Part shown: positions 1 through 10,375 of the stretch, piece by piece
How positions within the stretch are numbered: position 1 is the stretch's first letter
How the letters are laid out: every line of letters begins with the position of its first letter
NCBI GenBank assembly: GCA_023957245.1
Contig: JAMLHJ010000004.1
Span: 78,970-142,969, forward strand
Direction of reading: 5' to 3'
DNA: 64,000 nucleotides
Source of the DNA: Chitinophagales bacterium
GTDB lineage: Bacteria > Bacteroidota > Bacteroidia > Chitinophagales > JADIYW01
Translations under genes and position numbers: made by a program
Notes under the pieces: model-generated
Databases searched by the model: none
Told to the model about the DNA's origin: nothing
Seen by the model: only the letters and a program-made list of their open reading frames with translations

Positions 1-313
1 ATTCACCATTGCCGTATTTTTCTACTATATATAAAACCCCTGTACTCGTATGGAAGCTCTCTTGGTTTTTTTCTATATTGATGATAGTGCTGAGTTGTTT
101 TAGTTCGTTGGAATAAAATGTAGTGTCAACTTCAGAGCCAAAAGATTTTATTTTCCCCAATGAAAGACTATCTAAATGACTGTCTAAATAAGAGTCCTTT
201 GAAAATGTTTCTACTTGTGTTGCCAGCTCTTCAATAGATTTTTTAGGCTTATTTTTACACGCATAAAAACTGATAACAACTATTGAAAACAAGATAATTT
301 TATAGTTACCCAT
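1..313 (-). CDS. hypothetical lipoprotein (3' end cut by window edge)
   Basis: Minus-strand frame is open from ATG at 313-311 to position 1. The ATG overlaps the nrnA stop (ATGGGTAA). N-terminus MGNYKIILFSIVVISFYACKNK looks like a signal peptide plus lipobox Cys. Confidence 0.4.
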   Translation of the reverse strand, partial: MGNYKIILFSIVVISFYACKNKPKKSIEELATQVETFSKDSYLDSHLDSLSLGKIKSFGSEVDTTFYSNELKQLSTIINIEKNQESFHTSTGVLYIVEKYGNGE

Positions 314-1313
314 TCTTCTTCTTTTTTTCTTTTTCAAGCAATTCTATTATTTTTTTGATAATCCAATCAGGAGGTAAAATTGATTTTCCTCCAGCTGCAT
401 TTTTATGTCCTCCACCTTCAAAGTGTGCACGCGCAAACTCATTAACATTTATATCTCCTTTTGAACGGAATGAAAGTTTTGTTATTTCTCGCTCTTCTTT
501 GATAAGAACGGATATTTGAATCTCTTGAATAGTTAAAGGATAATTAACTAAGCCTTCTGTATCACCAGCCTGAAGATTATATGTTTTTGCATCTTTTTTA
601 TCTACAACGATAAATGCGATACCTAAATCTTTTCGTAAGGTCATTTTATTAAGAAGGGAATTTCCCAAAAACCTCAATCTTGATTCAGTAGAACTTTGAT
701 TGAGTTGTTCTTGAATGTATTGAATATTCAAGCCTTTTGTCAACAAATCCCCTACAATTAGAAAGGCATTTCTATTGGTTGCACCATTCTGAAAATTTCC
801 AGTATCTGTCAATATTCCAGTGTAAATACACTGTGCTGTCTGTTCTGAAATGTTAGGTTCTTCATGAAGTGTATGGATAAAACGATATATCAATTCACAA
901 GTAGAACAAGCTGCGATATCGTGATACATCCATTGAAATGTATCTGGTTGTAAATGATGGTCTATTAATAAGATAGGTTTGTCAAGTGATTTGATAATTT
1001 CATCCATTGGATGGATTCTACTTAATGTATTGAAATCCAAACAACAGATTAAATCAGAAGATTTTATCCATTCATCGGCTACATTCTGAACTTCTGGATA
1101 GATAAGCATTTCAGGAACGCCAGGCATCCAATTGAAATACTTAGGAAATTCTGTTGGAACGATTACTTTTACTCGATGACCAAATTGGAGCAGATAATTA
1201 TATAATGCCAATGATGAACCCATTGCATCACCATCAGGTTTTTGATGTGTAGTGATAGTGATTTGGATAGGCCCAGAAAGCAGTTGCTTGAGTGAAGTGA
1301 AATTATCATTCAT
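306..1313 (-). CDS. nrnA: DHH-family bifunctional oligoribonuclease / pAp phosphatase
   Basis: 335-aa ORF with DHH motifs (HQKPDGDAMGS, LLIDHH) and the C-terminal DHHA1 signature GGGHKNAAGG. Confidence 0.85.
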   Translation of the reverse strand: MNDNFTSLKQLLSGPIQITITTHQKPDGDAMGSSLALYNYLLQFGHRVKVIVPTEFPKYFNWMPGVPEMLIYPEVQNVADEWIKSSDLICCLDFNTLSRIHPMDEIIKSLDKPILLIDHHLQPDTFQWMYHDIAACSTCELIYRFIHTLHEEPNISEQTAQCIYTGILTDTGNFQNGATNRNAFLIVGDLLTKGLNIQYIQEQLNQSSTESRLRFLGNSLLNKMTLRKDLGIAFIVVDKKDAKTYNLQAGDTEGLVNYPLTIQEIQISVLIKEEREITKLSFRSKGDINVNEFARAHFEGGGHKNAAGGKSILPPDWIIKKIIELLEKEKKKKNG

Positions 1314-1466
1314 GATGCACGAAGGTCAATATTTTCCAATCAAAATTCAAACCATTTTGAATTTATTGATTATTTATTCAAAGTAGAATAAGTAGAATTG
1401 GAGGTGTAGATTTGAAAAGATTTTTTTCTTTACACATTAATAACTAAATGTTTAATGATGATTCTA

Positions 1467-1474
1467 TATCTTTG
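1467..1474 (+). promoter_or_regulatory. Bacteroidota-type -7 promoter box (TATCTTTG) for ndk
   Basis: Exact match to TAnnTTTG, 20 nt upstream of the ndk ATG. The same octamer recurs upstream of rpsO, queA and the M16 peptidase. Confidence 0.5.
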
Positions 1475-1493
1475 CGCATCAAAATTATAGAAA

Positions 1494-1913
1494 ATGGCAG
1501 GCTCACTTACCTTTACAATGATTAAACCGGATGCTGTGAAAGCAAATAATATCGGTAATATTTTACAAATGATTAATGAAGCTGGTTTTAGAATCGTAGC
1601 GATGAAATATACTCAGCTTTCTGCAGCTCAAGCAGGTAAATTCTATGAAGTTCATAGTGCAAGACCTTTTTACGGTGAATTGGTTGACTTCATGAGTTCT
1701 GGACCTATCGTTGCTGCGATATTAGAAAAAGACAATGCAGTAGATGCATTCCGTACTTTAATTGGTGCAACAAACCCAGCAGATGCAGCAGAAGGTACTA
1801 TCCGTAAAAAATATGCTACTTCAATCGGAGAAAATGCTGTTCATGGTTCTGATAGCGATGAAAATGCATTAATTGAAGGAAGATTTTTCTTCTCTGGTCT
1901 GGAAATGATCTAG
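1494..1913 (+). CDS. ndk: nucleoside diphosphate kinase
   Basis: 139-aa ORF, full-length NDK with active-site region NAVHGSDS. Confidence 0.95.
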   Translation: MAGSLTFTMIKPDAVKANNIGNILQMINEAGFRIVAMKYTQLSAAQAGKFYEVHSARPFYGELVDFMSSGPIVAAILEKDNAVDAFRTLIGATNPADAAEGTIRKKYATSIGENAVHGSDSDENALIEGRFFFSGLEMI

Positions 1914-1940
1914 TCAGAAATAGCTTTTAAAATATACAAA

Positions 1941-1969
1941 GGCTGTATGAGTAATTCATGCAGCCTTTT
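1941..1969 (+). terminator. intrinsic terminator after ndk
   Basis: GGCTGTATGA / TCATGCAGCC stem (one G-U pair), 5-nt loop, followed by TTTT. Confidence 0.7.
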
Positions 1970-2289
1970 GTTGTATTGAAAGTCGAGAAGATAATTGTTT
2001 CTTTACAACATACTGTTCTTATGAAGAAACACAATATTTTACTTGAAGCATTAAACTTTTCAAGACATTGGAGCTTTGTTTGTCTGAAAAAATTTGAATA
2101 ATTGTCACTCCAACAACAAGCATATCGACTAAAAGTCAGGCTAGGTCGAAAAACGGTGGGTAAGGGTGGGCTTAAGCAGGGAGCAATTTTTTCGACTTGA
2201 TTCTTTGTTTCTTTCTCATCAAGGAGAAAGAAAGGAAAAAAACCTCTTTGAAAACTAATATTCTTAGTATTTACAAAAAAAACACCTAT

Positions 2290-3564
2290 TTAAGAAGCTC
2301 TTAATCTGCCTGGAAGCCTTCTTGTAATACCTATTTGAGGAATGACCACTCTGAAAAAGGCCAATATTGGCGATTCATCAGGCTGAGTAGCTTTTCCTTT
2401 TCCTATTCTTCTTAACTGCCCTGAATACCATGATACTTCCATAATCGCCATTTTGTCAATGAAAGATATACCTGTTTTGATAGGTTTGACAGTATATTGT
2501 GCTTTTTGCCCATTTAATAATTTGTTAGGAAGGTCTGGCTCTATCGCCATAGATCTAGCAATGCCTACAAAATCTACTGCGCCTGAAGTAATGGCTTGTG
2601 CCATACCTTCTGCTGTCTGAAATCCACCAGTAACAACAAGAGGGGTATTAAAGATTTTTCTTGCCTTTTCAGCAAAATCAATAAAATAGGCTTCTCTTAA
2701 TCTAGTGCTTTCTTTCATTTTGATTCCCGTCATGGCAGGAGCTTCATAAGTGCCTCCAGATATTTCAATCAAATCTATCCCTATGTCTGAAAGTGCTTTA
2801 AGTGTATCTAAAGACTCCTCTTCAGTAAATCCTCCTCTTTGAAAATCTGCAGAATTTAACTTAATACCTATTGGAAAATCTTCTCCTACATTTTGACGCA
2901 TAGCTTTATATACTTCGAGTACAAATCTCCTTCTGTTTTCTGGACTGCCTCCCCATTGATCTGTTCGAATATTATGATGTGGAGATAAAAATTGACTGAC
3001 AAGATATCCATGTGCTCCATGAATTTGAACTCCGGTAAAACCAGCTTTTTTGACAATTCCTGCAGCTTTGCCAAATCTGTGTATTATATCTAATATCTGC
3101 TCATGTGTCAACTCTCTAGGAGTAGAAAAGAAGGCTTGCATGTCCGGTTTAAATGGAATCGCTGAAGGAGAAACATTATGATGATTAAGTCCTCTTGGAG
3201 ATTGCTTGCCAGGATGATTGAGTTGCACCCAACATTGTGTATTGTTGAGCGTGGCAGCTTGAGCCCATTGTTTTAACTTTTCTATATTGGTTTCATCTTC
3301 AATTACTACATTGCCGGGCTCTCCAAGATATCTCTTATCTATCATGACATTTCCTGTAATATTGATACCTATGCCACCTTGTGCCCATGTTTTATATAGC
3401 GTTATCAATTCTGGAGAGGGTGCATATTGTTTATCTCCAAGCCCTTCGCTCATGGCAGATTTTAAGATTCTATTTTTTACATTTACCTTATCATTGATAT
3501 TAAATGATTGAGCAATTACATCTTTGGCTAACATGTTTTTTCTTTTAAATTGAAATTTAATCAT
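2290..3564 (-). CDS. NADH:flavin oxidoreductase (Old Yellow Enzyme family)
   Basis: 424-aa ORF with OYE TIM-barrel motifs (HGAHGYLVSQFLSP, NRRRFVLEV). Alternative start at Met11. Confidence 0.8.
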   Translation of the reverse strand: MIKFQFKRKNMLAKDVIAQSFNINDKVNVKNRILKSAMSEGLGDKQYAPSPELITLYKTWAQGGIGINITGNVMIDKRYLGEPGNVVIEDETNIEKLKQWAQAATLNNTQCWVQLNHPGKQSPRGLNHHNVSPSAIPFKPDMQAFFSTPRELTHEQILDIIHRFGKAAGIVKKAGFTGVQIHGAHGYLVSQFLSPHHNIRTDQWGGSPENRRRFVLEVYKAMRQNVGEDFPIGIKLNSADFQRGGFTEEESLDTLKALSDIGIDLIEISGGTYEAPAMTGIKMKESTRLREAYFIDFAEKARKIFNTPLVVTGGFQTAEGMAQAITSGAVDFVGIARSMAIEPDLPNKLLNGQKAQYTVKPIKTGISFIDKMAIMEVSWYSGQLRRIGKGKATQPDESPILAFFRVVIPQIGITRRLPGRLRAS

Positions 3565-3667
3565 TTTTATCTGAAAGGTGAAATTTATGAAGTTTGAATC
3601 GCTTTCTAAGTAATTTCAAACCATTCTAAATATTGAATTGTGTATATTTACGCACAAAATTTTAAAC

Positions 3668-5347
3668 ATGTCTGAATTAAATAAATACAGTAAGCATATC
3701 ACGCAGGATCCTTCTCAACCAGCAGCACAAGCAATGTTGCATGCAATTGGATTGACAGATGAAGATTTGAAAAAAGCGCAAGTAGGTATAGTAGCGATGG
3801 GATGGGATGCCAATCCTTGTAATATGCACTTGAATGGTTTTGCTGAAATTGTAAAAGAAGAAGTCAATAAACAAGGTCTTGTCGGTTTGAATTTTTATAC
3901 GATAGGAGTGAGTGATGGTATCTCAATGGGTACATCTGGAATGAGATATTCATTGGTTTCAAGAGAAGTGATTGCAGATTCTATAGAAACAAATGCAGGT
4001 GCAGAATGGTATGATGGATTAATAGCATTGCCGGGCTGTGATAAAAATATGCCAGGTTCAGCAATTGCTTTGGCAAGATTGAATAGACCTTCTTTAATTA
4101 TTTATGGAGGAACGATAGCTGCAGGGGTTTATAAAGGGCAGAAATTGGATGTTGTTTCGGCATTTGAGGCTTTGGGTCAGAAAGTAGTAGGTTCTATTTC
4201 CGATGAGGATTTTAGTGGAGTTGTTAGCTGTGCATGTCCTGGCCCAGGAGCTTGTGGAGGTATGTACACTGCCAATACTATGGCTTCGGCATTAGAAGCA
4301 TTGGGATTGAGTTTACCATATAGCTCTTCAAGCCCAGCTATTAGTGCAGAAAAAAGAGAAGAGTTTTCGAGAGCAGCAAAAGCTATTAGAGTTTTGTTGG
4401 AAAAGGATATTAAGCCTAGTGATATATTGACTAAAAAAGCATTTGAAAATGCAATTCGTTTGGTGATTGTTTTAGGAGGTTCTACCAATGCAGTGATGCA
4501 CTTAATCGCTATGGCAAAAGCAGCAGATATTGAGGTGACAATAGATGATTTTGTGCGCTTGGGAGAGATTACACCTATGTTGGCTGATTTTAGACCTAGT
4601 GGTAAATATGTCATGGAAGACCTACAAGCAGAAGGAGGTATCCCAGCTGTGATGAAGTATATGCTTGAAAATGGTCTTTTACATGGTGATTGTATGACAG
4701 TTACAGGTAGAACGATAGCTGAAAATCTTGCAGAACTTCCAGGCTTGAAAGAAGGTCAAGAGATTATACAGCCTATTGACAAACCAATTAAAGCGACTAG
4801 CCATATTCGTATCTTATTTGGCAATTTAGCTTCAGAAGGTGCAGTAGCAAAAATTACTGGAAAAGAAGGTGAGTTCTTTGAGGGCAATGCAAGAGTGTTC
4901 GATAGTGAACAAGATACTATTGATGCTATGTTGAATAAAGAAATCAAGAAAGGTGACGTCCTTGTTATTCGATATGTGGGTCCTAAAGGTGGTCCAGGTA
5001 TGCCTGAGATGTTGAAGCCAACTTCTACATTGATGGGAGAAGGTTTAGGTAGTGATGTGGCATTGATTACTGATGGTAGATTTTCGGGAGGTTCTCATGG
5101 ATTTGTTGTAGGGCATGTTACACCAGAGGCGCAAGTAGGTGGAAATATTGCCTTAGTACAAAATGGTGACAGAATAAGAATTGATGCGGTAAATAATACA
5201 ATTGATGTATTGATTTCTGATGAAGAATTACTATCCAGAAAGTCAAAATGGGTAGCTCCTCCTCTGAAAGCTACAAAAGGAATTTTGTATAAGTTTGCCA
5301 AGAATGTATCCTCCGCCTCTCAGGGTTGTGTGACTGATGGGGATTAG
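3668..5347 (+). CDS. ilvD: dihydroxy-acid dehydratase
   Basis: The track ORF starts at a TTG (3638); the first ATG at 3668 gives [15 protein letters not shown] motifs present: [29 protein letters not shown]. Confidence 0.95.
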   Translation: MSELNKYSKHITQDPSQPAAQAMLHAIGLTDEDLKKAQVGIVAMGWDANPCNMHLNGFAEIVKEEVNKQGLVGLNFYTIGVSDGISMGTSGMRYSLVSREVIADSIETNAGAEWYDGLIALPGCDKNMPGSAIALARLNRPSLIIYGGTIAAGVYKGQKLDVVSAFEALGQKVVGSISDEDFSGVVSCACPGPGACGGMYTANTMASALEALGLSLPYSSSSPAISAEKREEFSRAAKAIRVLLEKDIKPSDILTKKAFENAIRLVIVLGGSTNAVMHLIAMAKAADIEVTIDDFVRLGEITPMLADFRPSGKYVMEDLQAEGGIPAVMKYMLENGLLHGDCMTVTGRTIAENLAELPGLKEGQEIIQPIDKPIKATSHIRILFGNLASEGAVAKITGKEGEFFEGNARVFDSEQDTIDAMLNKEIKKGDVLVIRYVGPKGGPGMPEMLKPTSTLMGEGLGSDVALITDGRFSGGSHGFVVGHVTPEAQVGGNIALVQNGDRIRIDAVNNTIDVLISDEELLSRKSKWVAPPLKATKGILYKFAKNVSSASQGCVTDGD

Positions 5348-5547
5348 GGTGAATAGTAAGTTCGTATTAAGTTTCACATGTAATAAAAGTGGTGGTTGAA
5401 TGCTTCGACTGGATTTAGCAAGCACTTGATGATGCCTACTCACAATGTGTACAAAGATTTACGAAGATCATGCTGAGTATAGCTGATTACGAGTAGGGAT
5501 GAATTGCAATTCGCCATTACATCAATGAGATGATTTTTTTACTATAT

Positions 5548-5582
5548 AAAACAGGCTGTCTTCTGAAAAGGCAGCCTGTTTT
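5548..5582. terminator. bidirectional intrinsic terminator between convergent ilvD and the FISUMP gene
   Basis: AAAACAGGCTGTC / GGCAGCCTGTTTT 13-bp stem (one G-U pair). An A-run lies on one side and a T-run on the other. Confidence 0.7.
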
Positions 5583-5606
5583 GTATATAAAGAGGTTATT
5601 AGTGAT

Positions 5607-7313
5607 TTAATCTTTCACACAGCGACAAGAGTATCCAAAGCCAGAATGATTATACGAACTTGATAAAACTGAAGAGTCATAGCGTAACCTACGTAAATAG
5701 CTTACAGAAATATTTGTCGAAGTCCACCAAGTCCCAGATTCTCCTAGACCTTTAAATGCTCCATCACCAATTTTACGAAAGCCACCCGGTTCTCCATTGA
5801 ATCCGCTCTCATTAGTTGCACCTGTATTGGGAGAATTCCAGTTATTTGTAGATTTCATTAATCCACCTGCTAGATTATCTCCACCTAAATATTTACTGAG
5901 TGTCTTCCATTCTCCTTCGTTCGGTGCGTGCCATCCGCTAGGACAAATATCTCCAGAAAGAACTGCCCACTGATTATATAGTTTTCCGTAGATATTATCA
6001 TTTGTTGGATTGTTGTCATAAGAACACCATGCAGCAGTCGTTAAATTTGACCATTCAATGCCATCTGTAACATTAGGAAAGTCTCCTGCATAACGTAAAT
6101 TTTCAGCAAACCAAGTCTGATTTCCTATTTTGACAGTTTTATATTTTTGTCCATCTCTAGTATCTGTAAGGATACCAGACTCATCAATAGTTGGATCTGT
6201 GGGTTCACTCGTGCTTCCATCTGCATCCGCCCAATCGTAATAAATCCTCAGACCTGCAATTTCTAATACCTTTTCTTCTGCATTGTGTGTATAGGTGTAT
6301 TGTGCGGTAGAGTCAATTTGTTGATATTTAGCTTGGACTAAAATATCATTAGAATTCATTTTTCCGTTGACTACTTTTTTGCCTGTAATATGTTTGGACG
6401 CAATCAATTGGTCTCCTTGTACAGGAATACTATAAGCATCGACTATACCAAAAGAGAGAATCCAGTCAGCAAAAGTATAATTGTATTTTTCATATCTCTG
6501 AGGATGTGCAAAGTCGTATTCTACAATTGGAGAGCTAGGTTCGATATCATAAATCATGTGATATGAATAATCTTCAAATCCGATAGGACTTAGTCCCAAA
6601 ATAGCCTGATTGACTTTGCGTATCAAGTCGGTAGGCACTCCAACAGCTTTTTGATAAGAAACTTGCATATTATAATCTTGTCCTATTGTTGGAATAGGAT
6701 TATAATCCTGAATATAATTTTTGAAGGTGTAATCGCTCAACAAGCCATTAGAATAGTTCTTGGTCTGAAGTTCTAAAGATTTTTTATTTGATATCAATCC
6801 AGTGCTTTTAATTTGATTTAATGCTCCTGAACTGTTATAATGGTAATTAAAGTTTTTCTTCATGGTAGGGCCGCCAGTTCCAGATAAATTAAGGGTAAAG
6901 TTGTTGACAATATTGTCGATTTTACCATCATTTACTTTTAGAGCTACCGATTCAAAATTAAATCCTTTATTCATCAATCCTGGATCAGTATCTAACCTTA
7001 TATCATAATTTTCCTTATCAGATGATTGATTAAAATAGGAATAAGAATACACTCCTCGTTTTACTGTAATTCTTTTCAATAAATCATCAGAATAGGTATA
7101 GCTTACATCCATGAGTTGATCTATATCAAATGGAAAAGAGTTAGGGCTGACTGTCTGTTCTACTCTTACAATTCTGACTTTCTTATCATCAGTAGTCGGA
7201 TTTTCCGTGTTAGGTGGATTTTCCGTATTTGGCGGATTGGTATTAGTGGTTATTAAATCTTTCTTACAAGCTATAATTGCGAATAGCACAATTAAATACA
7301 TCAACTTTTTCAT
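5607..7313 (-). CDS. lipoprotein with C-terminal FISUMP (Fibrobacter succinogenes major paralogous) domain
   Basis: 568 aa with signal peptide and lipobox (FAIIAC). The C-terminal ~190 aa (TDTRDGQKYKTVKIGNQTWFAENL ... GFGYSCRCVKD) match the TIGR02145-type domain as I remember it. Confidence 0.75.
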   Translation of the reverse strand: MKKLMYLIVLFAIIACKKDLITTNTNPPNTENPPNTENPTTDDKKVRIVRVEQTVSPNSFPFDIDQLMDVSYTYSDDLLKRITVKRGVYSYSYFNQSSDKENYDIRLDTDPGLMNKGFNFESVALKVNDGKIDNIVNNFTLNLSGTGGPTMKKNFNYHYNSSGALNQIKSTGLISNKKSLELQTKNYSNGLLSDYTFKNYIQDYNPIPTIGQDYNMQVSYQKAVGVPTDLIRKVNQAILGLSPIGFEDYSYHMIYDIEPSSPIVEYDFAHPQRYEKYNYTFADWILSFGIVDAYSIPVQGDQLIASKHITGKKVVNGKMNSNDILVQAKYQQIDSTAQYTYTHNAEEKVLEIAGLRIYYDWADADGSTSEPTDPTIDESGILTDTRDGQKYKTVKIGNQTWFAENLRYAGDFPNVTDGIEWSNLTTAAWCSYDNNPTNDNIYGKLYNQWAVLSGDICPSGWHAPNEGEWKTLSKYLGGDNLAGGLMKSTNNWNSPNTGATNESGFNGEPGGFRKIGDGAFKGLGESGTWWTSTNISVSYLRRLRYDSSVLSSSYNHSGFGYSCRCVKD

Positions 7314-7328
7314 AACTATTAATTTTAA

Positions 7329-9002
7329 TTATTTAATAATATTTAGAGTGGTAAACACCACGCCATCATTTACTTGGACAAGTATCTTATATATTCCAGG
7401 TATAAAATTAGCAACATTTAATTCAAAATACCCGTTATTTATATAGGCTCTTTGCATTATTTCTCCATTAGAGCTAATCAATAGCAATGGAAAAATATCA
7501 TTAATTATCTCATCTGCTTTGAGACCGAGCTTTTTCAACTGAACAAATGCAGTGTTTTTAACTGGATTAGGATTTACTTTTATAATCCATTCTGCAGATT
7601 TTAGATAATCTTCATTCGCTATTTTAGATAATATTTCTTTGGAATAAGCTATTGTGTCTAATGGTTCATCAAAAGGCTTACAAAAGCTAGTAAAAGCTTC
7701 AGGAAGCCATGGATAAGCACGAACACTATTGCTAAGTGTATTATTAATTAGGCTGTCTAAAAAGGGTTTAACCTGATTATATAGGGGTAATGTACTTCCT
7801 GTTGAAGATGTTTTTTCCCATGCTCCTACAATAGCTGAGTTTGGATTGTCAAAAGGAGCATGTCCTCCACCTACGACTTGACCATATCTTAACTTCTTAT
7901 GTGAATCTTTTAAGGCATTAAAAATATTCTCTGAGCCATAGCCTTCAAGAAAACGATTTATTGGATATGAATTATATTCATAGTCAAGTGAAAGAGGCGA
8001 TAAAATCAATTTTAATCTTTTAAAGCTTATTTTGTCATTTCTCCTATGTACTAATTCGTCACAAGTCCCATGAATAAGGAAAAGCCAAGCGCTATCTGTA
8101 GTTGTTGGCGTATTTTCAGTAAGTAATGATTCCTCATAAATCCATGCACCACTCATAGGAATTATTCCTTTCATTTTAGGAATTGGCCAAAAACTATTTC
8201 TAACAGAATCAGAAATGTTAATAGTAGCACTAACCGATGATGGGCAGAAAATTAAACTTCCAATTTTCAATTCAGTATTATACGTTAAAGAAGAGGGGAT
8301 TTCATTCTGTTGTAAAAACAATGTATTAAGCGCTAATATAGCTCCTGCACTACTTCCCATCATGAAAAATTTATTAGTATCTATCCCTTTTATTATAGCT
8401 GAGTCTAAATAATTTTCCTTTAATATCTTTCGTAAATCTCTAAACGATTTATAAGATGCCTCTGTAATTTTTGCTCTTGCTGTTTCGTTCTTTAGCTTTT
8501 TACAATTTTCATAATCATTAAACTCTTTAAAGGGAAAAACTAAATTGTTCAGTAAAGGATCGCTAGTTGTTTCATAAACTATAACATAAACTTTAAGATG
8601 TAAGCTATCTGCAAGCATACTTCCAAAAGTTATATCATCAGTAATACTTATCATTTGTAATGTATCCACTGGGCTAATTCCATAAAAACCACCACCAGGT
8701 ATCATAAACAAGGCTGGTTTTGCGGCTTCCTTTTTTAGATAACCGTTATTTTGATTAGGCTGAATCTCGTAGATAGTAATATTATTGTACCAATCTATCT
8801 TCTTATCTTCATCGGAAATAATACCATCCTTTTCAATCTGCCTATACGGTGTAGCTTTAAGAAAGATAGAATCAATTTTCACATTGTATTTTGATTCTAA
8901 ATCACGAATATTATCTTGAGCATTAACTTGAATAAAGTTAAATATAAAAAAAATAATGAACACTTTATTTAATATCCCCCCTGAAAAATTGAAACATTTC
9001 AT
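7329..9002 (-). CDS. secreted alpha/beta-hydrolase (esterase/lipase-like) with T9SS C-terminal sorting domain
   Basis: 557 aa with signal peptide, oxyanion-hole PGGGFYG and nucleophile elbow GSSAGA. The last ~80 aa (NPNPVKNTAFVQL...GIYKILVQV) resemble Por_Secre_tail. Confidence 0.7.
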   Translation of the reverse strand: MKCFNFSGGILNKVFIIFFIFNFIQVNAQDNIRDLESKYNVKIDSIFLKATPYRQIEKDGIISDEDKKIDWYNNITIYEIQPNQNNGYLKKEAAKPALFMIPGGGFYGISPVDTLQMISITDDITFGSMLADSLHLKVYVIVYETTSDPLLNNLVFPFKEFNDYENCKKLKNETARAKITEASYKSFRDLRKILKENYLDSAIIKGIDTNKFFMMGSSAGAILALNTLFLQQNEIPSSLTYNTELKIGSLIFCPSSVSATINISDSVRNSFWPIPKMKGIIPMSGAWIYEESLLTENTPTTTDSAWLFLIHGTCDELVHRRNDKISFKRLKLILSPLSLDYEYNSYPINRFLEGYGSENIFNALKDSHKKLRYGQVVGGGHAPFDNPNSAIVGAWEKTSSTGSTLPLYNQVKPFLDSLINNTLSNSVRAYPWLPEAFTSFCKPFDEPLDTIAYSKEILSKIANEDYLKSAEWIIKVNPNPVKNTAFVQLKKLGLKADEIINDIFPLLLISSNGEIMQRAYINNGYFELNVANFIPGIYKILVQVNDGVVFTTLNIIK

Positions 9003-9234
9003 AACAAAATCATTTATGTTAAAGTTAGATTAATAATTTTAGAATAGCAATTTTTTCTACATTAAAAATAATTTCTATGAATTATTTTTAACAAATAAGT
9101 TATTGATGATGACGAAATTGATATTCAGAATACTTTGCTTAGTGTGTAGTCGTTTTATTTGATATTTGAACTAATGCAATAATAATTTCATAGAGTTGTA
9201 AGAGTTTTTTTACAACTCTTTTTATATTGGAATC

Positions 9235-10230
9235 GTGAAGAAGATTTTATTCATACGATTAAGCTCAATAGGGGATATTGTCATGACATCTTTAGCTATT
9301 AGATGTTTTAAAAATATTTTTCCAGATACTCAAATAGATTTTCTTACAAAAGCGGAATATACTCAACTTGTACAGCATCATTTGGGGATAACAAATGTCT
9401 TGATATTAAAATCTAATATTTGGAATACTGCACAAGAGATTATTGATAATGAATATGATTATGTTGTTGATTGGCATAATAATCTGCGAACTAATATATT
9501 GAAACAATTACTTCCTGAGTCAATTATATTTTTACAATATAATAAAAAGTCAATAAGGAGGACATTAAGTGTATGGTTGAAAAAAGATTTATATCAAGGC
9601 AGTCTTGTTCCTGAGCAGTATTTGGAGACCTTAAAACCACTGAGTGTAGAAAATGACAATAAAGGATTGTATTTCTTGATTCCAAAAGAAGATGGGGTAA
9701 GTTTTTCTGATTTGCCGATGACTCACCGCTTTGGATATATTGTTATCTCTCTAGGTGCAACCCATTTTACCAAAAAAATGCCAATAGAAAAATGGAAAGA
9801 ATTGATTACTAAACTTTCATTTCCTATTATTTTGATTGGAGGAAAATCGGAATATCAAATAGGTGAAGAATTGGTAGCGATGGATGATTTAAAATGTATC
9901 AATAAATGTGGAAAATACACAATAGGTCAATCTGCAAGCATAATAGCCCAAGCCAAATATGTTATCACTCATGATACAGGTATGATGCATATAGCTGCAG
10001 CACTTCAGAAAAGAACTATTTCTATTTGGGGTGGGACAGTGCCCTATCTAGGATTTAAACCTTATGGCTTAGATGATGAAAAATCATTTATCATAGAGAA
10101 TAATCAGTTGAATTGTCGCCCATGTTCAAAGCATGGAAGGTCGGATTGCCCCAAAGGACATTTTAAATGCATGAACGAAATAGATACAAATAGAATAGTA
10201 GAGATAGTGAGTGCTTTCAAAGAAAAATAA
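9235..10230 (+). CDS. glycosyltransferase family 9 (heptosyltransferase-like)
   Basis: GTG start, 331 aa. GT9-type architecture with the DTGMMHIAAAL motif near the C-terminal Rossmann half. Confidence 0.75.
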   Translation: MKKILFIRLSSIGDIVMTSLAIRCFKNIFPDTQIDFLTKAEYTQLVQHHLGITNVLILKSNIWNTAQEIIDNEYDYVVDWHNNLRTNILKQLLPESIIFLQYNKKSIRRTLSVWLKKDLYQGSLVPEQYLETLKPLSVENDNKGLYFLIPKEDGVSFSDLPMTHRFGYIVISLGATHFTKKMPIEKWKELITKLSFPIILIGGKSEYQIGEELVAMDDLKCINKCGKYTIGQSASIIAQAKYVITHDTGMMHIAAALQKRTISIWGGTVPYLGFKPYGLDDEKSFIIENNQLNCRPCSKHGRSDCPKGHFKCMNEIDTNRIVEIVSAFKEK

Positions 10231-10333
10231 ATTTTTTCTCAAGGAAATACAATAATACAATAGGTTTGGAGTGATGAAAAATTGCATTTGCATTTTAAAT
10301 TTATGTCAATAGATTTTTTATTGTATAATTTTG

Positions 10334-10341
10334 TATCTTTG
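10334..10341 (+). promoter_or_regulatory. -7 promoter box (TATCTTTG) for rpsO
   Basis: Exact TAnnTTTG, 35 nt upstream of the rpsO ATG. Confidence 0.5.
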
Positions 10342-10375
10342 CACGGAAATTAATAGACGAAATAATTAGACGAAG

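Noticed and set aside
2886-5443. Track ORFs inside or antisense to the OYE and ilvD genes: 2886-3074, 3287-3511, 3677-3874, 4177-4614, 4756-4947, 5095-5301 and 5243-5443.
   Set aside because: They lie entirely within, or overlap, strongly supported genes on the opposite strand or in another frame. Their composition is low-complexity and no motif is recognisable. These are shadow ORFs.
7180-7250. Short tandem repeat encoding PPNTEN-PPNTEN in the FISUMP lipoprotein.
   Set aside because: It has only two units and lies in the linker after the lipobox. This is ordinary low-complexity tether sequence.
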